This document shows positions 19,082 to 32,197 of a stretch of DNA of 64,000 nt, in pieces; within the stretch, counting starts at the first letter, position 1; every line of letters starts with the position of its first letter. The notes beneath the pieces were generated by a model that did no database searches, had not been told where the DNA came from, and saw only the letters and a list, made by a program, of their open reading frames with translations. Both the position numbers and the translations under genes were made by a program. Origin of the DNA: Methylophaga sp. Its GTDB lineage: Bacteria > Pseudomonadota > Gammaproteobacteria > Nitrosococcales > Methylophagaceae. Location of the stretch: assembly GCA_002733505.1 (NCBI GenBank), contig NVVW01000001.1:88200-152199 (forward strand), in the 5' to 3' direction.

Positions 19082-19267
19082 TTATATCACCCGTACATCA
19101 GGATCGGCATTTTCACATAACATTAACGATGCACTGGTGTGTTGGACAAAAATATGGCATGTACCTGTTTGAATATCAGATTTCTGAACAAGTTGTTGGA
19201 TCTGCTGGGTGATATTAGTTGTGCTACGACCACACGTTGTGTAACTTAATACTTGCTGATAAATCAT
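19082..19267 (-). pseudogene. yjbQ: yjbQ 5' portion (first about 58 codons), truncated by the insertion
   Basis: MIYQQVLSYTTCGRSTTNITQQIQQLVQKSDIQTGTCHIFVQHTSASLMLCENADPDVR matches the YjbQ N-terminus (HTSASL...NE..DP.VR). It is followed by VI-stop, read from island DNA. The ATGA start overlaps the upstream gene. Confidence 0.75.
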
Positions 19268-20316
19268 TTGACTAGCCCTTGTTCAAAGTACGATTTTGCT
19301 TTAGCTGACTTGATGGTAGCTCGCACATAAGCCGCTGCTTGCTGTGGTGAGTCTTGCAAGCCAAAATGGTTGAGCGCCATAGCGGCACCCAAAACTAAAC
19401 TATCAAATGCCGCGCCAGCATGGCCTGATAGTGCATTTAGACCCAGTTCAACCGTTTCTGCTGCTGTCACCTGTTCATTTTTCTGCGGTTGCACGCCGCG
19501 TGTGTTTTGTTCCAGACCAAACTGCTTTGGTGAAACAGGATATTGCTTCGCTTGTCCTTTGTGTTCAGTAAAACAATTAGATCCTGCTCGCAGTGTTGGC
19601 AAAATGCCGCCTTCGATGCCTCGCACCATTAATGTGGAAGCAAAACCCGCTTGTTCCGCTAGCCATGCCAACACAGGTGGATAGGCTTTGTGAACAAAAC
19701 CAATTTGTAGATAGGTGCTTTGCTGCGCCTTGATCGGCATAACCAGTTTTTCAAGCGTGGCTAAACTAGGGCGTTTTATGATGCGAGTTCTTAAATCTTG
19801 TAAAGCATATAAACGGGGTGTTGCTTGTGCTTGATCGAGATACGCCCAACCAATATCAGCATTATTGACTCGTTCGGTAGCTTGCTCTACCGAAAGCTCG
19901 GTTGCTATACCTGCATGCTCTAAAACCTGTGAATGCGTCACCCCAAATTTAGGCCCCATTTCTTTCACGCCTTGGCTAATTGTCGGTAAGCCACACGCGG
20001 CTAATACCGCAGGTAAAAAAGCGGCTATTGGGCAGTGTCGGTTATAGCCATTGAAGGGATCGGAGATAATTAACAGTTCATCTACTTTAGATGAGATTTG
20101 CTTTGTTACTGATTGAATTGATTGTAAAATTCCAAGGTTTTCATCATCCGTTTCACGCTTCATTCGCAAAGCAATCAAGAAAATAGCTGCTTGAACAGGA
20201 TCCGCTCGCCCAGTTAATATTTCATCCATAGCCAGCTGTGATTCTTGTTGCGTTAGGTCTTTGCTCAGGTGCGGCCCTGTGGCGACCTTTTTGATTGCTT
20301 TAGCTACTGCTGTCAT
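19264..20316 (-). CDS. TrpD-like (glycosyl transferase family 3 fold) protein of unknown function
   Basis: 350 aa. N-terminal helical bundle (LTQQESQLAMDEILTGRADPVQAAIFLIALRMKRET) as in anthranilate phosphoribosyltransferase. The GTGGD PRPP loop is replaced by SDPFNGYNRH. Confidence 0.6.
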   Translation of the reverse strand: MTAVAKAIKKVATGPHLSKDLTQQESQLAMDEILTGRADPVQAAIFLIALRMKRETDDENLGILQSIQSVTKQISSKVDELLIISDPFNGYNRHCPIAAFLPAVLAACGLPTISQGVKEMGPKFGVTHSQVLEHAGIATELSVEQATERVNNADIGWAYLDQAQATPRLYALQDLRTRIIKRPSLATLEKLVMPIKAQQSTYLQIGFVHKAYPPVLAWLAEQAGFASTLMVRGIEGGILPTLRAGSNCFTEHKGQAKQYPVSPKQFGLEQNTRGVQPQKNEQVTAAETVELGLNALSGHAGAAFDSLVLGAAMALNHFGLQDSPQQAAAYVRATIKSAKAKSYFEQGLVK

Positions 20317-20334
20317 GTTGGTTCCTATTGAAAT

Positions 20335-20411
20335 CCCGTCATCCCGCTAGGATTTTAGCCGGGATCTATTTTGTAAATACTAGATTCCCGCTTAAAACAT
20401 ACGGGAATGAC
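20335..20411. repeat. solo palindromic module (GTCATCCCG ... CGGGAATGAC)
   Basis: About 77-bp imperfect palindrome. Left arm GTCATCCCGCTAGGATTTTAGCCGGGATCT; right arm reverse-complement GTCATTCCCGTATGTTTTAAGCGGGAATCT. Lies 3 bp from the ligA stop. Confidence 0.65.
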
Positions 20412-20414
20412 ATT

Positions 20415-23223
<2,809 letters not shown>

Positions 23224-23270
23224 GAAGCCTTATAATATGAGCTGATTTTACCTTAAATTGAGATTTCAAA

Positions 23271-23660
23271 ATGTCCACAACAGCAAGTAAACAATTAGAT
23301 ACCTTCGACAATGCAATTCCTGAGCGTGATTATACCATTCACATCGAGACAGCTGAATTTACTTGTTTATGCCCGATGACGGGGCAGCCTGATTTTGCCA
23401 CCATTAAAATTGATTATGTGCCCGATCTTAAATGTGTCGAATTAAAATCATTCAAATTGTATATCTGGTCATACCGTGATGAAGGCGCATTTCACGAGAA
23501 AGTCACCAATCAAATTTTAGATGACTTAGTGGCGGCAACCAATCCTCGGTTTATCCGTGTCACTGGTATTTTTAATGTGCGTGGTGGTGTTTATACTAAT
23601 GTGGTGGCAGAGCATAAAAAAGAAGGCTGGGTTGCGCCGACTCCCGTGCATCTACCTTAA
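23271..23660 (+). CDS. queF: NADPH-dependent 7-cyano-7-deazaguanine reductase, short (type I) form
   Basis: 129 aa. Catalytic Cys motif [17 protein letters not shown] and the QueF motif region. Single-domain length. Confidence 0.9.
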   Translation: MSTTASKQLDTFDNAIPERDYTIHIETAEFTCLCPMTGQPDFATIKIDYVPDLKCVELKSFKLYIWSYRDEGAFHEKVTNQILDDLVAATNPRFIRVTGIFNVRGGVYTNVVAEHKKEGWVAPTPVHLP

Positions 23661-23693
23661 CGTACCCCGTCATTCCAGTGTAAGGCGGCAATC

Positions 23694-24962
23694 ATGAATA
23701 ATGCCTTTATTGGTATCGATCTTGGCACATCAGGGTGTCGAGTCATTGCTATTGATGATCAAAGCAATATTATCGCCACTGCGCAACAATCACTGCTAAT
23801 TAATTCCACGGCTCACCCTAAATCAGAACAAGATGCTAATTATCAATGGCAGGGGGTTCTACAAGCTCTAATTCAGATCATCTCACAGTGCCAAGACTAC
23901 ACCATTCAAGCAATTGCAGTCGATGCCACCTCTGGCTCAATTTTACTCGCTAATCAGCAAGGCGAAGCTATTAGCCCTATTATTATGTATAACGATGCAC
24001 GCGCTATAAAACAAAGTGAACAAATTGCTGACATTGCACCTGCCGAATCAGCAGCACATGGCAGCACTAGTGGGCTTGCCAAGCTACTTTATTTACAGCA
24101 ACACAACACTATCCCAGCAAATGCTAAACTATTGCACCAAGCAGATTGGATCAACTTTAAACTAGGTGCACCATTGGCTATTAGCGACCCTAATAATGCG
24201 CTTAAAACAGGCTATGATCCGATTAAACAATGCTGGCCTGATTGGATTGCTAGCCTTACTGATAAATCCATATTACCCAAAATCGTCGCTCCCGGCACGG
24301 TGATAGCAACATTATCTCCGTCCTTATGCCAAACTTTAAAGCTGAGTAATACACCCAATATTATTGCTGGCACCACCGATAGTATTGCTGGCTTAATCGC
24401 TACAGCTGCCAATAAGCTAGGTGATGCTGTCACCTCCTTGGGTTCAACATTAGTGGTGAAACTGATTAGCGATAAACCGTTATTTATTCCTAAACAAGGT
24501 ATTTACAGCCATCGTTTAGGTGATAAATGGTTGGTGGGCGGAGCATCAAATAGCGGCGGCGCAGTTCTTAAGCATTACTTTGACAGTCAACAACTTAAAC
24601 AACTAAGCAAACAAATAACATTAAATTGTAAGCCTGCTGATTATTATCCCTTATTAACCGCTGGTGAACGTTTTCCGATTAATGATCCAATGCTTCAACC
24701 TAGACTAACTCCCCGATCAACAAATGATACTGAGTTTTTACATGGTATGCTCGCAGGCATGGCAAAAATAGAACAGCAAGCTTATCAATGTCTGCAAGAT
24801 GCAGGGGCAGTGCCTGTAACAAGCATTCGCACAGTAGGTGGTGGAGCAATTAATCAAATCTGGCAGGCTATACGTCAACAGCACATTGCCGTACCGTTTA
24901 TCACTGCTAAATATACCGAAGCTGCCTATGGTGCGGCATTATTAGCCCAAGGAAACACCTAA
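23694..24962 (+). CDS. FGGY-family carbohydrate kinase
   Basis: 422 aa. N-terminal phosphate-1 motif IGIDLGTSGCRV and C-terminal GGGAINQIW actin-fold ATPase motif. Confidence 0.75.
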   Translation: MNNAFIGIDLGTSGCRVIAIDDQSNIIATAQQSLLINSTAHPKSEQDANYQWQGVLQALIQIISQCQDYTIQAIAVDATSGSILLANQQGEAISPIIMYNDARAIKQSEQIADIAPAESAAHGSTSGLAKLLYLQQHNTIPANAKLLHQADWINFKLGAPLAISDPNNALKTGYDPIKQCWPDWIASLTDKSILPKIVAPGTVIATLSPSLCQTLKLSNTPNIIAGTTDSIAGLIATAANKLGDAVTSLGSTLVVKLISDKPLFIPKQGIYSHRLGDKWLVGGASNSGGAVLKHYFDSQQLKQLSKQITLNCKPADYYPLLTAGERFPINDPMLQPRLTPRSTNDTEFLHGMLAGMAKIEQQAYQCLQDAGAVPVTSIRTVGGGAINQIWQAIRQQHIAVPFITAKYTEAAYGAALLAQGNT

Positions 24963-24964
24963 TC

Positions 24965-25699
24965 GTGAGCGAATTCTTCAAAGGCGCAGGCTACTTATTT
25001 AAAGGTTTTGGCTTAATTCATAAAAAAGGCATTCGAAAATTTGCCTATATTCCCATGGCAATTAATACGCTGTTGTTTAGCTTTGCTATTTGGCTAGGCG
25101 TGAATAAATTCGACCAATGGATAAATCATTTTATTCCGACATGGTTACCAGAATGGCTATTGAGCTGGATAATGTGGTTTATTTGGCCATTATTTGCTGG
25201 CTTATTGATTTTAATTGTCTTTTTCAGCTTTTCTATTATTGCCAATCTACTCGCCGCACCGTTTAATGGTGTCTTAGCCGAAGCGGTTGAAACAAAATTA
25301 TTAGGTGAAACACCGCCCAATCTATCATGGAAAGAGATTTTAAAAGATGCCCCAAAATTAATTTGGAATGAAATACGTAAGTTGATGTATATCTTAATGT
25401 GGATGGTGCCACTGTTCATATTCTCATGGATACCAGTACTTAATATCATCGCTCCAGTATTATGGGTAGCCTTTTCAAGCTGGATGTTAGCACTTGATTA
25501 TCATGATTATCCTATGGGCAATCATCAATTAAAATTTCCTCAACAACGTGCATTATTACGACAGAAACGTTCACTGGCACTTGGGTTTGGTCTAGCAACA
25601 CTCGGCGCCACTATGATTCCTTTTGTGAACTTTTTGGTGATCCCTGCTGCGGTAGCAGGAGCTACGGCTTTGTATTTGGATAACTTCTCTCAAGCGTAG
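24965..25699 (+). CDS. cysZ: sulfate transporter CysZ
   Basis: 244 aa. CysZ-type N-terminus (FKGAGYLFKGFGLI...GIRKFAYIPMAINTLLF) and a 4-TM layout. Confidence 0.8.
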   Translation: MSEFFKGAGYLFKGFGLIHKKGIRKFAYIPMAINTLLFSFAIWLGVNKFDQWINHFIPTWLPEWLLSWIMWFIWPLFAGLLILIVFFSFSIIANLLAAPFNGVLAEAVETKLLGETPPNLSWKEILKDAPKLIWNEIRKLMYILMWMVPLFIFSWIPVLNIIAPVLWVAFSSWMLALDYHDYPMGNHQLKFPQQRALLRQKRSLALGFGLATLGATMIPFVNFLVIPAAVAGATALYLDNFSQA

Positions 25700-26141
25700 C
25701 GCAACCTACTGTGCCTTGCTGCCAAGTTTCGACATAACAGGATCCAATGGTGTTTTCGTCAAGAATACGACCATGAACAAAGCCATGGCTATTGGTTGAA
25801 ACCCACGTAAATGAAATATTATCAGGATAAATAACACCGAAAAAGTTTTTGGTGCCATCAGCATAAGTAAACGTGCCTCGGAAACGGCGATCTTTTTGCT
25901 CGATTATTTTAATGGTTTTATTATCCCATTCTTTATAACCTTTTGCATCTGAAATGATGACGTTTTTTCCACTCCATGTTCCAAGAAGGTTAGGAATATC
26001 TGAACCGAAGGGTTTATTATTAACATAATAAACACATACCAAACCGACACTATTAATAATAACTAAAACCCATAATAGTATTTGTGAGAGTGAAAATCCT
26101 ACTTGCTGTTTATGCATAACTACCTCCTTATTTATAACCAA
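25662..26141 (-). CDS. hypothetical membrane-anchored small beta-rich protein
   Basis: 159 aa with one TM (FSLSQILLWVLVIINSVGLVCVYYV). The 3' end overlaps the cysZ 3' end by 38 bp. A truncated paralog lies at 29821-29964. Confidence 0.5.
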   Translation of the reverse strand: MVINKEVVMHKQQVGFSLSQILLWVLVIINSVGLVCVYYVNNKPFGSDIPNLLGTWSGKNVIISDAKGYKEWDNKTIKIIEQKDRRFRGTFTYADGTKNFFGVIYPDNISFTWVSTNSHGFVHGRILDENTIGSCYVETWQQGTVGCATLERSYPNTKP

Positions 26142-26536
26142 GTTTTCATAATTCAGTATTACTATTATGGAAAATAAATACTAACTATTTATATTCCATA
26201 ATAGTTAATTAGACTGATATATCTATACTCTTAAATTCAAAGAAAATTCGTGTATCTCATTCAAATGAGATTAAAATATGAATATTGAAGATAATAATGT
26301 ACATGAAAAAAGATATTAAAGATAACTACAGAAGGGGGCTCACGCTGAAAAAAATTTTGATAGAAATCTCCCCACAACAAGTTTCATCAAATGCTTTAAG
26401 CCCTATTTAAAACAAAGAAAATGTCCATACAGTGTATTTACCACTCAAGATAGACAATGAATACGCGAAGGTGCCTAGTTAACACCCGTTGATTCGTGTT
26501 AGAAAGGCTTGAGTTAATAGCTAAAGAGGAAGGTTT

Positions 26537-27195
26537 ATGAAAAATAAAACAGTGACACTGACAGATAACGAAACAGGTAAACAATTAGTCATGAATGTTT
26601 TACAACCTAGTATCGGCCCCCTACTATTGATATTGGTGCTTTATATTAAAGAATTGGGTTATTTCACTTTTGATCCTGGGTTCGTTTCTACAGCTAGTTG
26701 TAAAAGTGCCATTACTTATATGGATGGAGAACAAGGCTTATTAGCTTATATTGAAGAGACTTCATTGCTCGCGCTAAAGATAAAAATGATTCATTCCGCC
26801 TGATGGGATTTGGCCACCGTGTTTACAAAACATACGATCCCCGTGCAAAAATAATCCGTAAGATCTGTCATGAGATCCTAAAAGGCCACGATGGGGGTGA
26901 AAAGATACAAACCATGCTTGATGTTGCGATGAAATTAGAAAAAAAAGCACTTGACGATGATTATTTTAAATCTCGGAATTTGTACCCTAATGTTGACTTT
27001 TATTTAGGTCTAATTTTTCTTGCCATGGGCATTCTATTGAACATGTTTACCGTTATTTTTGCTATGTCGAGAACCATAGGCTGGATATCGCAATGGAATG
27101 AAATGATGACCGACAGTCAATGCCTTATTGGTCGACCACGTCAATTGTATACTGGCAAAGAGTTACGTAAGTATAAACCCGTAAATGAGCGTTAA
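26537..27195 (+). pseudogene. gltA: citrate synthase (gltA) pseudogene with internal deletion and frameshifts
   Basis: N-terminal GltA residues (LGYFTFDPGFVSTASCKSAITYMDGEQGLL) are joined at about 26750-26760 directly to the C-terminal third ([30 protein letters not shown]...). About 200 codons are missing. Compensating frameshifts at the C-run 26617-26621 and about 26641-26650 put PTIDIGALY in another frame. Confidence 0.75.
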
Positions 27196-27304
27196 TTTAG
27201 ACCTATTTCCTGTCCGACTCTAGGTTTGAATATTTATCACCTGTAGTGAGTAGCTTTAGAATCAGTGCCATGGTATTTCGTCATTGGCAATTAAAATCTC
27301 GAAA

Positions 27305-28777
27305 TTAACTCAGTTTCAGCGTGGATAAAGTATCATTGCGGATAGACATAAATAAGTCTTTATGCGAAACAATGGATATGCCATAAGACGGGATGATTTT
27401 TCGTATTCTATCTTGCCATTCTTCTGTTGCTAATTGTTCAGCAAAACAGTCTTCGATAATTTCTAAAATAATGGGCACCAAAATTGAGGCTCCAGGTGAG
27501 GCACCTAATAAGCCCGCCAGTGAGCTATCATTTGTATGAAGAACTTCTGTTCCAAATTCTATTTTCCCACCATGTTCTGGACATTTTTTAATTATTTGCA
27601 CGCGCTGTCCTGCAGTGTGCAGTATCCAATCCCCATCTTTTGCTTCAGGAAAATACTCCCGTAAGGCACTCATGCGCGACTTTTGTGTCTGAAATGCTTC
27701 TTTTACCAGATAAGTAATCAGATCAAAATTTTTCATGCCGACTCTCATCATTGGCCAGATGTTATCAGGCTTTATAGACATAAAAAGATCCCAAGCAGAA
27801 CCGTATTTTAAGAACTTGGTCGTAAAGCCTGCAAAAGGACCAAACAGTAATGCTTTCTCGCCATCAATAATTCGAGTATCGAGGTGCGGAACAGACATGG
27901 GCGGCGCACCGACAGAGGCTTTACCATAAACCTTGGCTAAATGTTGTGCTACAAGTTCTGGCTTTTTACACACCAAAAATTGGCCGCTTACTGGAAATCC
28001 ACCATAACCTTTGGCTATGCCTGCTTTTTGTAAAAGCTGTAATGCAGCTCCACCAGCACCAATAAAAACAAAAGCCGCGTTAATCATAGTTATCGTGTTT
28101 TGTTTTTCGTTTTTAATTGTGACATTCCAGCGACCATCATTCTCTTGGTTTAAATCTTTAACAGAATGATTTAATAAAAGCTCAAAATCCTCTTGCGTTT
28201 GCAAATGTTCAATCATACCACGACTAACAGCAGCAAAATTCACGTCAGTTCCATGCGCAACTCGCGTTGCAGCAACTTTTTCATCTGGATCTCGCCCTTC
28301 CATAATTAACGGCATCCACCTCATTAATATTTTGGGATCCTCAGTAAATTCCATAGCTGCAAACATCGGGTGTTCGATCAGGGCTTTCTGGCGTTTACGA
28401 AGAAAATCAACATTTTCCTCTCCCCAAACAAAACTTATATGAGGCACAGGATTGATGAATTTTTCAGGTGAAGGTAACGCACCTAATTTAACGAGATGCG
28501 ACCAATATTGCAGGCTCACTTCATAACGAGCGTTAATACCGTATGCTCTATCCACATTAACGCTGCCATCTTGTTGTTGTGGCGTATAATTCAATTCACA
28601 ATAGGCCGCATGCCCCGTACCAGCATTATTCCAACCATCACTGCTTTCTTGAAGCGGCTTATCTAAACGCTCAACCATAGTAATCGATATGGTCGGATCA
28701 AGTTGTTTGAGCATGGAACCAAGAGTCGCACTCATTGCTCCAGCACCAACTAGCAATACATCTGTTGTTTGAACCAT
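27305..28777 (-). CDS. mqo: malate:quinone oxidoreductase
   Basis: 490 aa. FAD fold DVLLVGAGAMSATLG. Full-length colinearity with Mqo as recalled. Confidence 0.9.
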   Translation of the reverse strand: MVQTTDVLLVGAGAMSATLGSMLKQLDPTISITMVERLDKPLQESSDGWNNAGTGHAAYCELNYTPQQQDGSVNVDRAYGINARYEVSLQYWSHLVKLGALPSPEKFINPVPHISFVWGEENVDFLRKRQKALIEHPMFAAMEFTEDPKILMRWMPLIMEGRDPDEKVAATRVAHGTDVNFAAVSRGMIEHLQTQEDFELLLNHSVKDLNQENDGRWNVTIKNEKQNTITMINAAFVFIGAGGAALQLLQKAGIAKGYGGFPVSGQFLVCKKPELVAQHLAKVYGKASVGAPPMSVPHLDTRIIDGEKALLFGPFAGFTTKFLKYGSAWDLFMSIKPDNIWPMMRVGMKNFDLITYLVKEAFQTQKSRMSALREYFPEAKDGDWILHTAGQRVQIIKKCPEHGGKIEFGTEVLHTNDSSLAGLLGASPGASILVPIILEIIEDCFAEQLATEEWQDRIRKIIPSYGISIVSHKDLFMSIRNDTLSTLKLS

Positions 28778-28884
28778 GTAACCACTGTTCCTATATTTCT
28801 TTGTTATATTGATAGTAAGGTCTTAGGGAAATCATTGTTGTAATTTTGTTACCACTTATTGTAACAAATTTTCTATTGAAATCA

Positions 28885-29830
28885 TTATTTTAACGCTGTT
28901 CAACACATATCGGAATATAACGTCACTTGGTTTGGCTTAACGCCTTCTCGTTGACAAATATCTGTCATTAGAACAGCGGCTAATGCACTCGATTCCATTT
29001 CATAAACTTGCCAACCAACAATCTTTCGACTGTAAATATCCATGACCATATACAGATAAAAAAACAGCCCTAATAGCTGGTGTCGGTAAATAAGTAATAT
29101 CCCAGCTGTAAATCTGCTTCGGTGCAGTAGCCTTTAATGCTTGTGGTTTATTGACGGACTTCACAGGCTTGGATTTTAACCTATGCTGTAGCTGTTTCTC
29201 TGATTTCAAAATGCGATAGAATGTTGACTCTGAAGCGATATATTCTCCTTTATCGGCAAGTAAAGGCACGATTTTACTGGGTGACAAATCAGCATATTCA
29301 GGCTTGTTAGCTGTTTAGTCCCTGAATAACACGCTGGCACTCAAGTTCGGTAAGCTTGTTATTGACCTCACGACGGGCTTCTAAACGACCATCTTGCTGC
29401 TTATCCGGTGTTATCCAACGTTGAAATGTTTTTGCACTAATACCCATCGCCTCACAGGCAGTTGATTGTCGCGCACCAGCGGTTCTGGCTTCTGCCACCA
29501 AATTCATTATCTTTACGCGTTCATGACTCATTGTAAGTTGTCCTCGTCGTTGCCCCAGATCGCATTGACTTTTTTTTGGAGAACGATGATTGCCGCTGTT
29601 TCGGCGAGCGCCTTGTCTTTACGATTAATTTCTTTTTGTAATGCTTTATTATCCTTACGTAACGCCTTGTTGTCTGATCTTATATTGGCCTTTTTAGTGA
29701 TGGCCGATCGATCAATAAAATCTTGTTTCCATTGCTTTATGTGATGAGGAAAAATACCTTTTTCACAGCATAATTCATTGTTTTTTTCATCATCAAGTGC
29801 AGCACTGCTAATCACCATATTTAATCGTTC
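28885..29830 (-). mobile_element. IS3-family insertion sequence remnant, truncated at both ends and frameshifted
   Basis: OrfA C-terminal leucine-zipper part (ORF 29528-29818). OrfB N-terminal HTH (MSHERVKIMNLVAEARTAGARQSTACEAMGISAKTFQRW). Then a frameshift at about 29300, SPSKIVPLLADKGEYIASESTFYRILK...WDITYL, another frameshift, and an end just after ...VTLYSD. The rest of the DDE core and both IRs are missing. Confidence 0.75.
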
Positions 29831-29964
29831 TTCGGAATTTCTGAATCTATCGGCTTATTATGGGCATAGTAAAGATAGGCCAAACCAATACTGTTAACGA
29901 TAACCAACATCCACAACAGTATTTGCGAGAGTGAAAAACCTGATTGCTGTTTAAGCATCACCAT
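29821..29964 (-). pseudogene. truncated paralog (5' end only) of the 25662-26141 gene
   Basis: MVMLKQQSGFSLSQILLWMLVIVNSIGLAYLYYAHNKPIDSEIP compared with MHKQQVGFSLSQILLWVLVIINSVGLVCVYYVNNKPFGSDIP. Homology stops at the IS remnant. Confidence 0.55.
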
Positions 29965-29974
29965 TTCCTTTTTA

Positions 29975-32197
<2,223 letters not shown>

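Larger units (their letters stand above)
8955..19089. mobile_element. 10.1-kb inserted segment (decayed metal-efflux island) interrupting yjbQ
   Basis: Bounded by the two halves of one yjbQ reading frame. CGTAC is present at both junctions (8950-8954, 19090-19094). Carries an IS remnant, an RND efflux operon and several pseudogenes. Confidence 0.6.

Noticed and set aside
8955-19089. Tn7-like or Tn3-like transposon, suggested by the 5-bp duplication and a left end starting with TGT.
   Set aside because: No matching terminal inverted repeats, no ACA right end, no TnsB-type repeat arrays and no transposition genes. Only the duplication itself is supported.
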